This document shows positions 36,482-48,921 of a stretch of 51,939 bases of DNA, piece after piece. The position numbers and the translations under genes are program-made. Each line of letters opens with the position of its first letter. Within the stretch, counting starts at the first letter, position 1. Where the stretch lies: positions 148,329,282-148,381,220 of the forward strand of contig NC_068981.1 in NCBI RefSeq assembly GCF_001194135.2, in the 5' to 3' direction. A model generated the notes under the pieces. That model searched no databases. It had not been told where the DNA came from and was given only the letters and a program-made list of their open reading frames with translations. The DNA is from Octopus bimaculoides. Its lineage: Eukaryota.

Positions 36482-37223
36482 ATATCTCTGACAAAATTAT
36501 AAATTAAAATTCATTTTTTATATATTGGCGTTTTCAAACTTCTTTTTCATAAATATATACCCACTCGTATGCCACCTACACTCTTTTATCAATATANNNN
36601 NNNNNNNNNNNNNNNNNNNNNNNNNNNNNNNNNNNNNNNNNNNNNNNNNNNNNNNNNNNNNNNNNNNNNNNNNNNNNNNNNNNNNNNNNNNNNNNNNNNN
36701 NNNNNNNNNNNNNNNNNNNNNNNNNNNNNNNNNNNNNNNNNNNNNNNNNNNNNNNNNNNNNNNNNNNNNNNNNNNNNNNNNNNNNNNNNNNNNNNNNNNN
36801 NNNNNNNNNNNNNNNNNNNNNNNNNNNNNNNNNNNNNNNNNNNNNNNNNNNNNNNNNNNNNNNNNNNNNNNNNNNNNNNNNNNNNNNNNNNNNNNNNNNN
36901 NNNNNNNNNNNNNNNNNNNNNNNNNNNNNNNNNNNNNNNNNNNNNNNNNNNNNNNNNNNNNNNNNNNNNNNNNNNNNNNNNNNNNNNNNNNNNNNNNNNN
37001 NNNNNNNNNNNNNNNNNNNNNNNNNNNNNNNNNNNNNNNNNNNNNNNNNNNNNNNNNNNNNNNNNNNNNNNNNNNNNNNNNNNNNNNNNNNNNNNNNNNN
37101 NNNNNNNNNNNNNNNNNNNNNNNNNNNNNNNNNNNNNNNNNNNNNNNNNTTTAGAAATAGACCATCTAGATGGTCTATTTCTAACATAATGGATGTCCAC
37201 TTAGTGGTCATCCCTTCTTGTAC

Positions 37224-37261
<38 letters not shown>

Positions 37262-37347
37262 GAAATTTACAGAAAAACAAAAGACGAAGATAGGAGTATA
37301 AACAACAAACAAGTGTATTAGTTTAATGCTTGGGAATGTGAGAAAAT

Positions 37348-37376
37348 CTTTTATGTTTCGAGCCTTCATCAGAAAG
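37348..37376 (-). ncRNA. Minimal hammerhead-like motif, same family as 21015
   Basis: Minus: cttt CTGATGA aggctc GAAA ca TA aaag; canonical CTGATGA, perfect stem I cttt/aaag, stem II partly deleted; downstream ttcccaagcattaaactaatac tail shared with the 21015 copy. Confidence 0.5.
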
Positions 37377-39087
37377 GAACATGAGGAAATAAACAGAGAG
37401 AGAATAAAAAATCTTTTGGAGTTGTGGTCAATCAAGGTGGTTGTACACACACACACACGTGTGTGTGTATGTGTGCGTGTGTATCGTCATCATCATCCTC
37501 ATTTAACGTTCGCTTTCCATGCTGGCATGGGTTGGATGGTCTGACTGAGAACTGGCAAGCTCCAATCTGATTTGGCAAGGTTTCTACAGCCTGATGCCCT
37601 TTTTAATGCCAATGACTCTGAGAGTGTAGAAGGTGCTTTCTACATGCTACCAGCATGGGAGCCAGTCAGGTAGCACTGGCATGGCCACACTCGAATGGTG
37701 CTTTTTACATGCCACTGGTACAGGTGCCAGTCAGGCAGCGCTGGTATCGGCCACGCTTGAATGGTACTTTTTGTTTATCAATATACAAGCAGTAAAAATG
37801 CAGATGCTAAACTAATGATATTCTTAAATAACTGAATCACGAAAAGTACAGAAGTGGAAGTTAAAAAATATTGTAGATGAAATTAGAATTTGAATTTAAA
37901 TAATATGGCTTATGGCAGGGTTCAGATGGAAAAAAAATAGAGTAAAGATTAAAGGATGTCCTTGGGTAGCATGTTGGCAATGTGGTTAAATCTAAAGAGC
38001 TATTTTCTTTTCCCTACAACACTCTTACATGTGCCTATCATATTGAGATCAAACCTAATATTTTCTGTTGAGACTGAAGAAGGTTATTTAAATACTGAGA
38101 ACTTTTGGGAAAAAAGGCTTGTTGGTTGGTAGTTTCAGGGTATGAAATGTCAAAGAGTATTGGAGCTTCATGCACATAAAAACCAGATACTTTGTCTCTA
38201 GTAGGCATAAATTTTATCTTTCAATGGGGAAAGATAGACCTCCCTAAAACCATCACATCACTATAACTCATTATTTCTGAGCTGTTAGGATACTCCTGCC
38301 TATTTGGCTGTTACTAGGCAAATTAAAGTGTATCCTAGCCACTTTTGCCTCACTAGATGTGCTCATATTTCTAAACACCTATATGTCAGCTCAGCTATAA
38401 TTAACAAAACACGAGATGAACATAGCTGAACATTTTAAAATTTTGAAAGACAGGCTATATCTTTATTATATATGTATATTCAACATTCTGTCATCATACA
38501 CTGTATGTTAATTTATAAAGGGTAAATATAGGAAGTCTAATATAGAATTTTCTTCATAGGGTGAGTTAGAATCTATCAAAAGAAAGGGTATACTTTTACA
38601 TTTGAATAAAACTAAAAACAACATATTCTTTTATATTTTAATTCCAGTTTCTGCTTCAATGTTTTTAAGCCTCCACTTGTTCTGTATTTTACCAGATTCC
38701 ATTAAGAATATTATCACTCCTGTACCTGTGGTTTCCTGCTAGTCCACTCTTTTTACAGGCAACACTTTTTACAGTGAGAAAAATAATGGCTATTGAGAGA
38801 AAACTAAAAAAAGCATACAAAATAAAACAAATTAAACTATAGTAAAAAAGCAAGCGTAAATGTAAATGTAGGAAATCTTAAACTATAGTAAAAAAAGCAA
38901 GCGTAAATGTAAATTGTATAAAAATGTCAAATGAGATGAAAAAGAGAAATGCCAATAAAGCAGCAGATGAATTAGAAGAGATCAGTCAGAAAGCATTACA
39001 ACAAATATGAGTCAACAAATTTGAAGCAAAAGAGGTCTGATGAAAGCGTCCAAGGACCCTGATCTGATGTTTGTACAGAGTCCATGT

Positions 39088-40059
39088 CTTCCATCGATTT
39101 ACAAGCTTTTTAATCCTATCAATGTAAAACTCTTTTGGTTTCAAAGCGAAGAACTCTGAAATGTCAGTTTCGACCTCCTCCTGGCTTGTGAAAGTTATGT
39201 CCCCCAAATGATTCTGTAAACTACGAAACAAATGGTAGTCTGAAAGAGCAAGGTTAGAAGAATAAGGTGGATGAGGAATTTTTTCACAACCAAGCTCTTC
39301 GATCTTCTGTGATGTGATCTTGGCAGCATGAGGTCACGCATTGTCCTGATGGAACATCACTCCTTTTCGATTCCCAAAAGCGGGTCTTTTTTTNNNNNNN
39401 NNNNNNNNNNNNNNNNNNNNNNNNNNNNNNNNNNNNNNNNNNNNNNNNNNNNNNNNNNNNNNNNNNNNNNNNNNNNNNNNNNNNNNNNNNNNNNNNNNNN
39501 NNNNNNNNNNNNNNNNNNNNNNNNNNNNNNNNNNNNNNNNNNNNNNNNNNNNNNNNNNNNNNNNNNNNNNNNNNNNNNNNNNNNNNNNNNNNNNNNNNNN
39601 NNNNNNNNNNNNNNNNNNNNNNNNNNNNNNNNNNNNNNNNNNNNNNNNNNNNNNNNNNNNNNNNNNNNNNNNNNNNNNNNNNNNNNNNNNNNNNNNNNNN
39701 NNNNNNNNNNNNNNNNNNNNNNNNNNNNNNNNNNNNNNNNNNNNNNNNNNNNNNNNNNNNNNNNNNNNNNNNNNNNNNNNNNNNNNNNNNNNNNNNNNNN
39801 NNNNNNNNNNNNNNNNNNNNNNNNNNNNNNNNNNNNNNNNNNNNNNNNNNNNNNNNNNNNNNNNNNNNNNNNNNNNNNNNNNNNNNNNNNNNNNNNNNNN
39901 NNNNNNNNNNNNNNNNNNNNNNNNNNNNNNNNNNNNNNNNNNNNNNAAGCACTCTTTCCCATAAACTGAGTGTATGTTTCAAGTCGCTTCGGCTGCAGAG
40001 TTTCCTTTTTTGTACTCATAAAGCATTATGTGCCTCAAATGCTCTTTGGATACTTCCAT
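39088..40059 (-). mobile_element. Second mariner transposase (D,D34D), different family, middle in N-gap
   Basis: MEVSKEHLRHIMLYEYKKGNSAAEAT*NIHSVYG..[gap 39394-39946]..HQDNA*PH-(34)-SSNLALSDYHLFRSLQNHL...KLVNRWK. Confidence 0.9.
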
Positions 40060-40180
40060 GTTAGAAAGGGTTTTAATCAAAGAAATTTTAATTCTATTAT
40101 TCTGTAAAATTTTGGAATCTATTTTGTTTTTTTTTTCTAGTCAATTTTAGTTAATTTTTGTTTATTTTCAGATCATTAAG

Positions 40181-41315
40181 ATGGAATGTCAAGTTAAGAA
40201 AAACGAGCATTTTCGATACCTCCTTCCTTTTGCTTTTAATCAAGGTTCTAAGGCCGCAAAAGCTGCTCGTGACATTTGTGGTCATTTGTGCTGTGTATGG
40301 TGAGGGTGCCATAGCTGAAAGACCTGCTCATGATAGGTATACCAAGTTCAAAAATGGAAATTTTGACCTCAATGACGCACCTTGTTCTGGTCGTCCAGTT
40401 GAATTCAATGAAGAGCAATTAAACCAACTTTTGCACGAAAATTCTCGTCAAGCGACAAGGGGACTGGCAGAGAAAATAGAATGCTTTCACACTGCTATAG
40501 AGAAGCATCTTCACTCGATGTGAAAGGTTCAGAAGTATGGAACATGGGTTCTGCATGCTTTAAGTGACAACAACAAAAATCAACGAGCCACAGTCTCCAC
40601 TGGTTTGCTTGCTCGTCACTGCACAACTCATGGACACAAGCAACGAATTCTTTACTGAATCGTTACTGGTGATGAAAAATGGTGCCTGTACATCAATATG
40701 AAGCAGCGTAAGGAATGGCTTAGTCTCGGTAAACAAGTGACACCACATGTGAAACAAGATCTTCATCCGTGTAAAATGATGTTGTGCGTATGGTGGGACT
40801 GGGAAGGGATTATCCATTATGAATTGCTTGAACGGAACCAAACGGTCAATGCGGAACTCGATGTCCAACAAATGGAACGACTCAACGCGGCTATTCAAGA
40901 GTAAAGATCTAATTGGCAGCATGGAGTTCTTCTGCTGCATGACAACGCCCGCCCTCATATCGCCAATATGACCGAGGAAGCCATTCAAATGCATGGCTGG
41001 GAAGTACTGCCACACCTGCTGTACTCTCCTGATTTGGCACCAACAGATTTCCACCTCTTTCAATCTCTTGCAAATGCTATGCGCAGAGTTTTGTTCAATA
41101 CTGATGCAGAATTGAGAGCTTGGTTGGATCAATTTTTCGAGTCGAAATCGGGTGATTTCTACCAACGAGGTATTGAAAATCTTGTTGAACATTGGGAAGA
41201 AGTTGTAAACAACAAGGGTGAATACATTATTGATTAATTAGTTGTTATTTTTTATTCAACCTTTTAAAAAATTTAAATTTTAAAAAACGGCAGGAACTTA
41301 GTTGCCAACCCAATA
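40181..41315 (+). mobile_element. mariner transposon (D,D34D), near full-length dead transposase plus right TIR
   Basis: MECQVKKNEHFR...TGDEKW...HDNARPH-(34)-SPDLAPTDFHLF...GEYIID* (40181-41237) with internal stops and a frameshift. Right TIR ..ggcaggaacttagttgccaacccaa+TA at ~41286-41315; left TIR not seen. Confidence 0.95.
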
Positions 41316-42989
41316 GAGAGAGAGAGATAGTGTAAAGATAATAAGCATTAAAAAGAACAACACAGGAAAAGGAAAAAGCAAATTTGATAAATATGGCACT
41401 TGTTCAACAGTTCAGAAGGAAAAAGAGAGTGTCTTTATATTTTGGATGTTAATCCCTCATCAGAAAGAAAGAGAGAAAATAAGATGAAAAAAAAAAGAGG
41501 AATACAAAAAGAAAAGAGAAGTATAGGAGAGTGTGAAAGAGAATTGGTGAGTGCTTGAAAAATAAAAGTGGGAAAGGACACAAGTGGAAGGTAAAGGGCC
41601 AGAAACCATGCATATATATATTTGGTGTTGGTTTTAAAAATTCCTTGTTGATAGTTCACACTATTAGGTAGGCTGTATGTGAAGACAAGAGTGACCACAT
41701 GCTAACCTGCAACACTTATATTAACATATGTACATATATTTGATTTAATTAAACAACATTCATAAGATAAGGCATTCAGCTGTAGAAATATCTGCCACAA
41801 CAAATTTCCTGTGACTCATGCAAGCATGGAAAAGTGGCTGTTAGAATGACGATGATGATAATATATATATTTGAGCCTAAGGATCGAAATGAAGCCAAAT
41901 AACAACAGTGTTTAACACCTAACCCTACTTTTGGAAAGTTGTGATTCTACTGTCGCGAAGATGACATGACTAAAATACAAAAAGGTAAAAAGAAAAATTA
42001 AATAAAAATCCGGCAAGGAGACATGCTCGGAAATATGCACTTTGAAACCTGCAGTAAATACATTCTATTCAAGACAGTGGTAACTCTGAATTCAAAATGG
42101 AACAGTGTAGAAAGATACTATAGTTGGGACAGACAACCTCTCTAGTACTAGCGGCACAATAAAGTACCCTTAGTCCATGTTGTAAAGTAGTTGGTGATAC
42201 GAAGGGTTTGAATCAATAAAAACCATGGCAAAAATTATGATAGTCACAAATACAATGGAAAAACCTAATTGCTTGTACAAGACTAACATCTACCGTGCTG
42301 TATAGTAGTGGGATGGTCAGGTGAAATCTTCCCTTGAAGTCAGTTGCCAAAAATTTCAGGGATGTCATCACAAATATAGGCATGATGAAAAGTGGTTTGG
42401 AGAGATTGTAGAGATGTCAGAGTGGAGGCTAGTAGATGAAAGATGGAAGGCACATCAGCCAGCATCTCCACAAGTAAGGAACATGTCAAGAGTCATGGAA
42501 ATAAATATTACTACAAGCGGTTGCTGAAAAAGGACAATATGTGGAAGACAAAGAGACCCAGTAAAATATGTCTTGTTTTGAGCACTCAACTCTTGATGGA
42601 GTTGTAAGCATGTCAATGGCATTTCTTGAGTATTTTTAGACTTGGCAGATCCCATCTCTCCTCAAGTCTGATCACAGTCAATTTCCTCTGGAAAGAGGAA
42701 GAGACAGACAGAGAATAAAAAAGAACGTTTTTTTTTTTTACCAATGTGTGTATTTGTGTATTACATATATTACACATATAGGTTTTTGTCTCTTGCACAG
42801 ATCTTAAATGCTTTGCTTAATGAAAGTTATAATTTTACTAAGGCTGAGTCAGTTATAAGACTTGAGACAGAAGAAAGTAACAGGTTCAAACGATATGAAT
42901 ACAGATCAAGTATCAGTTGCTTTCATCATGACCACATTACCATTTACACTGTAGTATTTGCTGTTTTCTTTCCTCAAATTAGCTATCTT

Positions 42990-43490
42990 TTATCTTTTAC
43001 TTGTTTCAGTCACTGGACTGCAGCAATGCTGGAACATTGTCATGAAAGGTTTAGTTGAGCAAATCAACCCCAGTATTTAATTTTAAGTTTGGTACTTACA
43101 CTATTGGTCACTCCTGCCAAGCCATTAAGTTATGGGGATGTAAATAAACCAACACTGGTTGTCAAGCAGAGGCAAAACACAAACACACATACATATATAT
43201 TTGTCTTCAAAAAAAAAAGACAAAGGGGGCCTGGGCAGCTCTCCTGCTAGCCAGCTCCAATCAAACTGTCCAACCCATGCCAGCCTGGAAAACAGGGATA
43301 TGATGATGATGATGATGATGATGATATACACACATACAACAAGCTTTGATAATTTCCATCTACCAAATTCTCTTACAAGGCATTGGTCAACCTGAAGCTA
43401 TAGTGGAAGCCCAAGTTGCTGCATAGTGGGACTGAACCTGAAACCACATGGTTACTGAGCAAGCTTCTTAATTATACAATCATGCCTGTG
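42990..43490 (-). mobile_element. SINE family B interrupted by an RTE-tail fragment (~43230-43325)
   Basis: cttttacttgtttcagtcactggactgcagcaatgctgg.. and ..gggactgaacctgaaaccacatgg.. flank ccagctcc..aacccatgccagcctgg..(gat)n. Confidence 0.7.
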
Positions 43491-46339
43491 CTGATATGAT
43501 AAATATTGTTTTTTTTTTTCCTGTTAATTGTACTATTTTGTTTTTCAAGATAATTCATTGGTCATTACTAGCGAGATAGTAGCAGTTGCAACAATAACGA
43601 TCATTGATTTTCTTTTAATGGTTTGTTAGTGATAATATTTTTAATATATTTTAATAGCTAACAAAAATGATATAGTCTAAAGCTTACTATAAATAAATAT
43701 GCAATAATGGAAAGACAATATTTTCTGCCAAGTATGGAGAAACTCTGGCTATGTTGAGGCCTTATTCTGATAATATCAACAATACACAACCTCCACTGTA
43801 CTTGCTGAAACAGTGATGAAAGAATCAAAAGGGAAATGTACAAAATGATTCATCTGTTCTGTTAGAAGACTTATTTCTGTCTCAGACTTGTGCTTATGAT
43901 GTCTAATATAATTTGATGATAGTCTCTCATAGTCTGAGAAAGATGGTTCTGCACTTTCTAGCTGAACAAACCTGTACAGATGATTTGTTTATAGTGACCA
44001 AATGTTTGTACTGTACATTAGCTCATTCCTTCCATCAAATCAATGTTGCCTGAACAGGTTCAATGGCTCTGAAATTGACTGCTATGAATGTAAACCCTGT
44101 ATTTGCAAGTTATTGAAGTATTGCACAAGGAGTGATTGAATATGTGCTGGAATGTCTGTTTAGGTTCACTCCAGCAGAAAACTCTGGTCCCTGAATGAAC
44201 CTTTAAGTTTTGTCTTGTATTCTAAGTAATTTACTTTCAATGGGTTGATAGCAGTAGAAGAAACTTCCCATTAAAGATATCCCCACCACAGCCTTCCCTC
44301 TTTTTTAAGGATTCCTATAACAACATTATTCAAGATGCAGGAAGACTGGTCTTGTATTTCTAGCAGACTGAGTGAGCATTTAAAGTCTCCCTCATTGGCT
44401 CATCATTATAAAAGTCATCTGTAGATGTGGTTGGTAATCAACCTGTTATGATGCAATGTTCTTTGTATTTTGTTATTGATTGTTGAAGAGACACTGAAGG
44501 TTCAGGTAGAACAAACAATAATCTATGACAAACCTAATAATATAATTTTTGTATATTGGTACTGTTCCTCAAGAAAGTGAATTTTGGTTGTGGTTTAGTG
44601 CTTGAGTTAACCCTGATTGAGAGGACCTATGATAAAAGGCATTCCAGCCATGACCATACTAGCTTTTTAAAAGTAAGGCCGGCTGTACATTATTTGATGA
44701 GTCCCTTCTTTTCCCATAACAGTAAGGAAATTTGGCAGCTTTTTCTAGCAGGTTGATTAATCACAGACTTGCAAGTCAGTAAGCTGTTATCTCCAGAATA
44801 AAGAGGTTATTTAATTGCCTCTCTACAGGAACATGTGGTATCATTGTTTCTGGACAGGGAGAAAAGTTACAGAAGTAGGTGGGCAGTTGGCATTTGATTG
44901 CATTAGATGGGATAGTAATCCCTAATTGGCTGGAATGATTGTTAATAGACTTGGATAAAATCGGGCAGGAACTACTAAACAGGTGGGTAGGTGAAATAAT
45001 TGCAATTGGTCAAGAAAAGCAAGATAGATTACCAGAGATAGTTAGGGCTAATAGTATATAGGCTTAAGAGTTTAGTGAAAATCTTATAAGCAGGAAACAG
45101 AAATGTCAGTAAACTTTTCAGGTTGAGTAATAGCTGCTTTTTAGTGAGAACCATAGCAGCAAGTTGAGTTATTAAGCTTATCTTATAGCAAAGCACAATA
45201 TCTAAGACCATTCAACCAATGTATTACATGGAAGATAACCAACTGTTTTTTCTTGGTCTGGAATTTGTGTTTCTTGTTATTAGAATCCAATGGTTTGATT
45301 TAACGAAGAACACTTTAAAAAAAGTAGCATAAATAAATAACTGATAAATTTATCTAATGCATAAAAAGTCATGGAAATACAATAATACGGATAAAGATAA
45401 GAAACTCAACTAACCATCAATGAAGCAGTTATTCTAAATTTATATATCCTGATTTTATGATTCCTTTACCATTAAGCAAGAATAGATATCTGTGCAATAC
45501 CTAGTGGGCAACACATGTGAAAGAGAGAAATATCTTTACTATTAGCTCCCAAACTGTATTTGTATATACTGAATTAAATACAGGGATATATTCTCTTCCT
45601 TAGCAGGCTACCAACACTCACTCACACTCTTTAAATATTGGCTGTGTCTAATTAATAATCAAAACCACTCCCTCCTTTGTGGATTTTATTCTACCAATGC
45701 CTTGCTTTGTTGTCTGAAGCAGACTTAATATTTTCCAATGTTGTTGACATACATTATAAGCTCTCATTGCATGAACTAACAAGGTCAAAGAAAGGTTTTG
45801 ATTCCAACAATAGCACCAGCAAGGTCTTTATGAGCTACAAGTGAAATGCAGAGAACAAGATACATATTGTTTAGTTTGTAGTTCTTACTAAATACTAATT
45901 AAAAAAAAACAACTTTAAATATACTGTAAATTGAAACCTTGTATCAGATACATATGAGCCTGAAGTACTTAAGAAGTGTCTATAAAAGGCTGAAAACATT
46001 TAACATGATAATTAAGTCAGTGCTGTAAATAAGTAAATAATCAATATTATAAATGTGATAAAATAAATATTGTTCCCCAACACTATTGTTCTCAAGCTAT
46101 CTTTCAATGACATCAATGTCTCAAGGGTTATTATCTATTATAGTGTTTCTTACAAGCTCCTTAACATCCATAGACCCATTTTGAGGGTCAAATTCCTTAT
46201 AGCATTCACTAAAAATTCATTGTACATAAATCATTGGGATTTCATCTGCTACATCACGAAAATCAGAGAAAATCTCACAAACTGACTGGCCTCTTCCTGC
46301 TTCATACTGAGCTTGAAAATTAGTTCATTATGATAATGA

Positions 46340-48162
46340 TCATCATCATTGTTTAACATCCGCTTTCCATGCTAGCATGGGTTGGACGATTTGACTGAGG
46401 ACTGGCAAGCCAGAAAGCTGCACCAGGCTCCAATCTGATCTGGCAGAGTTTCTACAGCTGGATGCCCTTCCTAATGCCAACCACTCCAAGGTGGAGCGGG
46501 TGCTTTTACGTGCCACCGGCACGAAGGCCAGTCAGGTGGTACTGGCAATGGCCACGCTCAAATGGTGTTTTTTATGTGCCACCTGTGCAGGGGCCAGTCC
46601 AGCGGCACTGGCAACGACCTCACCTGAATGTTGTTTTTCACATGCCACCAGCACAAGTGCCAGTAAAGTGATGCTGGTAGCGATCACGCTCGAATGGTGC
46701 TATTTACATGCCACCGGCATGGGAGCCACTCAGCGGCCCTGGAAACGATCAACCTCAGATGGTGCTCTTAGCACTCTACTAGCACGGATGCCAGTCATGT
46801 GGTGTTGTCATCGAATTTAATTTGAACTTCACTTGCCTCAACAAGTTTTCACAAGCAGAGTTTAGTGTCCAATGAAGGAAAGGTATGCATAAGTGGGCTG
46901 GTTACACCACTGGCATAGGCCATGGATTATGGTCTCACTCGGTTTACCGGGTTTTCTCAAGCACAGCATATTTCCAAAGGTCTCGGTCACTAGTCACTGC
47001 CTCGGTGAGGCCTAATGTTTGAAAGTCGTGCTTCACCACCTCATCCCAGGTCTTCCTGGGTCTACCTCTTCCACAGGTTCCCTCAGCCACTAGGGTATGA
47101 CACTTTTTCATGCATCTATCCTCATCCATTCGCAACACATGACCATACCAGTGCAGTCGTCTCTCTTGCACACCACATCTGATGCTTCTTAAGTCCAATT
47201 TTTCTCTCAAGGCACTTACACTCTGTTGTGTATGCATACTGACATTACACATCCAGCGGAGCGTACTGGCTTCATTCCTTGCAAGTTTATGCATGTCCTC
47301 AGCAGCCACAGCCCATGTTTCACTGCCACATAGCATGGCTGTTCATACACATGCATCATACAGTCTGTCTTTTACTCTGAGTAAGAGGCCTTTGTCATCA
47401 GCAGAGGTAGGAGCTCTCTAAACTTTGCCCAGAATATTCTTATTCTAGCAGCTACACTGTCAGAACACCCACTCCAGCTACTGACTTGGTCACCTAGGTA
47501 ATGGAAGCTATCAACTACTTCTAGTTTTTCTCCCTGGAATGTAGCAGAAGTTGTTCTCTGCACACTTTCAGTGTTTATTGCTACTGAGCATCTGCCACAT
47601 ACAAAAACTATCTTGCTAGTTAGCCTTCCTTTGATATTGCTGCACCTCTTGTGTCCATAGCTTACACTGAGCAGGGCCATCTACTTGAAGGGATTTGTGG
47701 TTTGTCTGCCTTCCTACTTATTAAGACTTTGGCTTTAGCTAGGTTGACTCTAAGGCCCTTCAATTCTAATCCTTGCTTCTACACCTGAAACTTCTCTAGT
47801 TCTGATAGTAACTCAGCAATTAGAGCAAGGTCATCAGCATAGAGGAGCTCCCAGGGGCATCCTATCNNNNNNNNNNACACTGAGCAGGGCCATCTACTTG
47901 AAGGGATTTGTGGTTTGTCTGCCTTCCTACTTATTAAGACTTTGGCTTTAGCTAGGTTGACTCTAAGGCCCTTCAATTCTAATCCTTGCTTCTACACCTG
48001 AAACTTCTCTAGTTCTGATAGTAACTCAGCAATTAGAGCAAGGTCATCAGCATAGAGGAGCTCCCAGGGGCATCCTATCCTGTCTTGAATTCCTCTGTTA
48101 TTGCCTGGAGGACTATGATAAATAGGAGGGGGCTGAGGACTGAACCTTGGTGGACCCCTAAA
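46340..48162 (-). mobile_element. RTE-clade LINE 3' fragment (RT end, Cys-rich insert, 3' UTR with ~66-bp tandem units, (GAT)n tail)
   Basis: GVHQGSVLSPLLFIIVLQ..PWELLYADDLALIAE..GLRVNLAKAKV..HKRCS..CGRC..YLGD..MLCGSETWAV..RLHWYGHVLRM..GRGRPRKTW. Contains a probable 203-bp assembly duplication. Confidence 0.92.
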
Positions 48163-48921
48163 TATATGAATAATAAGGAAGCCAACATATGCTTACAAAG
48201 CTAAAGGATACTTAAAATTCATTAACATAGTTTTTAAAGCTGTATTACAGTGATGATTCAGGATAATTTCTGAAATCAGTTGCAATGAATGACTGAATGG
48301 ATGAATGGACAGATGGGCACATCATAACCAAGCTTGTATGCATGCGTGCGTGTGTGTCTGTGTGCGTGTGTGTGTGTGTGCGTGTGCTGAATTTGGTAGG
48401 CGGAAGTTACTGCCGTGTGTGTATATGTCTGTGTATGTGCTTGTGCCTCTCTCCCAGAGAGTGAGAGAGGGATATATTTAAGCTCTTTGCAGAATTTATG
48501 CCAGTCACTAAATAACCAAACATTGTGAACATTTGAATTAATGTGCATGTATTTGTATATGTGTACATATGTGTGTGTATATGTTTAAGTGTGTGTATCT
48601 ATGTGTATATGCATACCTGTATGCTTGTATGTAGGTATGTTTTCCTTTGAGATTTATTTAAGCTTGCAGAATTGCACCTTGTCATTAACAAAATAACAAA
48701 GCATTTTTATTTGAGTCTAAAAAGTTCCAGGGATCTGTGACTGTGTGACTGAGTTAGTGTGTGCATACATGTGGGTATATGTGTTGAAATACTTGCACTC
48801 ATATAATGGGTCTGTATATACTATATTTTTATAGTGTCTTTAATGGATTATAGCTGTAATTTTCTAATTAGCCATGCCTTTTCTGGATAATTTTGTATGT
48901 ATGTATATATGTATGTCTGTG

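Noticed and set aside
37151-37184. Perfect 34-bp palindrome ttagaaatagaccatct|agatggtctatttctaa
   Set aside because: It starts at the edge of an N-gap, so a fold-back read or gap-filling artefact is likely; it cannot be trusted without reads.
38833-38916. Two-copy ~46-bp tandem duplication
   Set aside because: An ordinary local slippage duplication in A-rich sequence with no further structure.
42801-42910. Plus-strand exon-like segment ILNALLNESYNFTKAESVIRLETEESNR after ttgcacag
   Set aside because: No recognisable homology, only weak donors, and no partner exons found.
47664-48079. Exact ~203-bp tandem duplication inside the RTE element
   Set aside because: The two identical copies are separated only by a 10-N gap; this is typical of unmerged overlapping contig ends.
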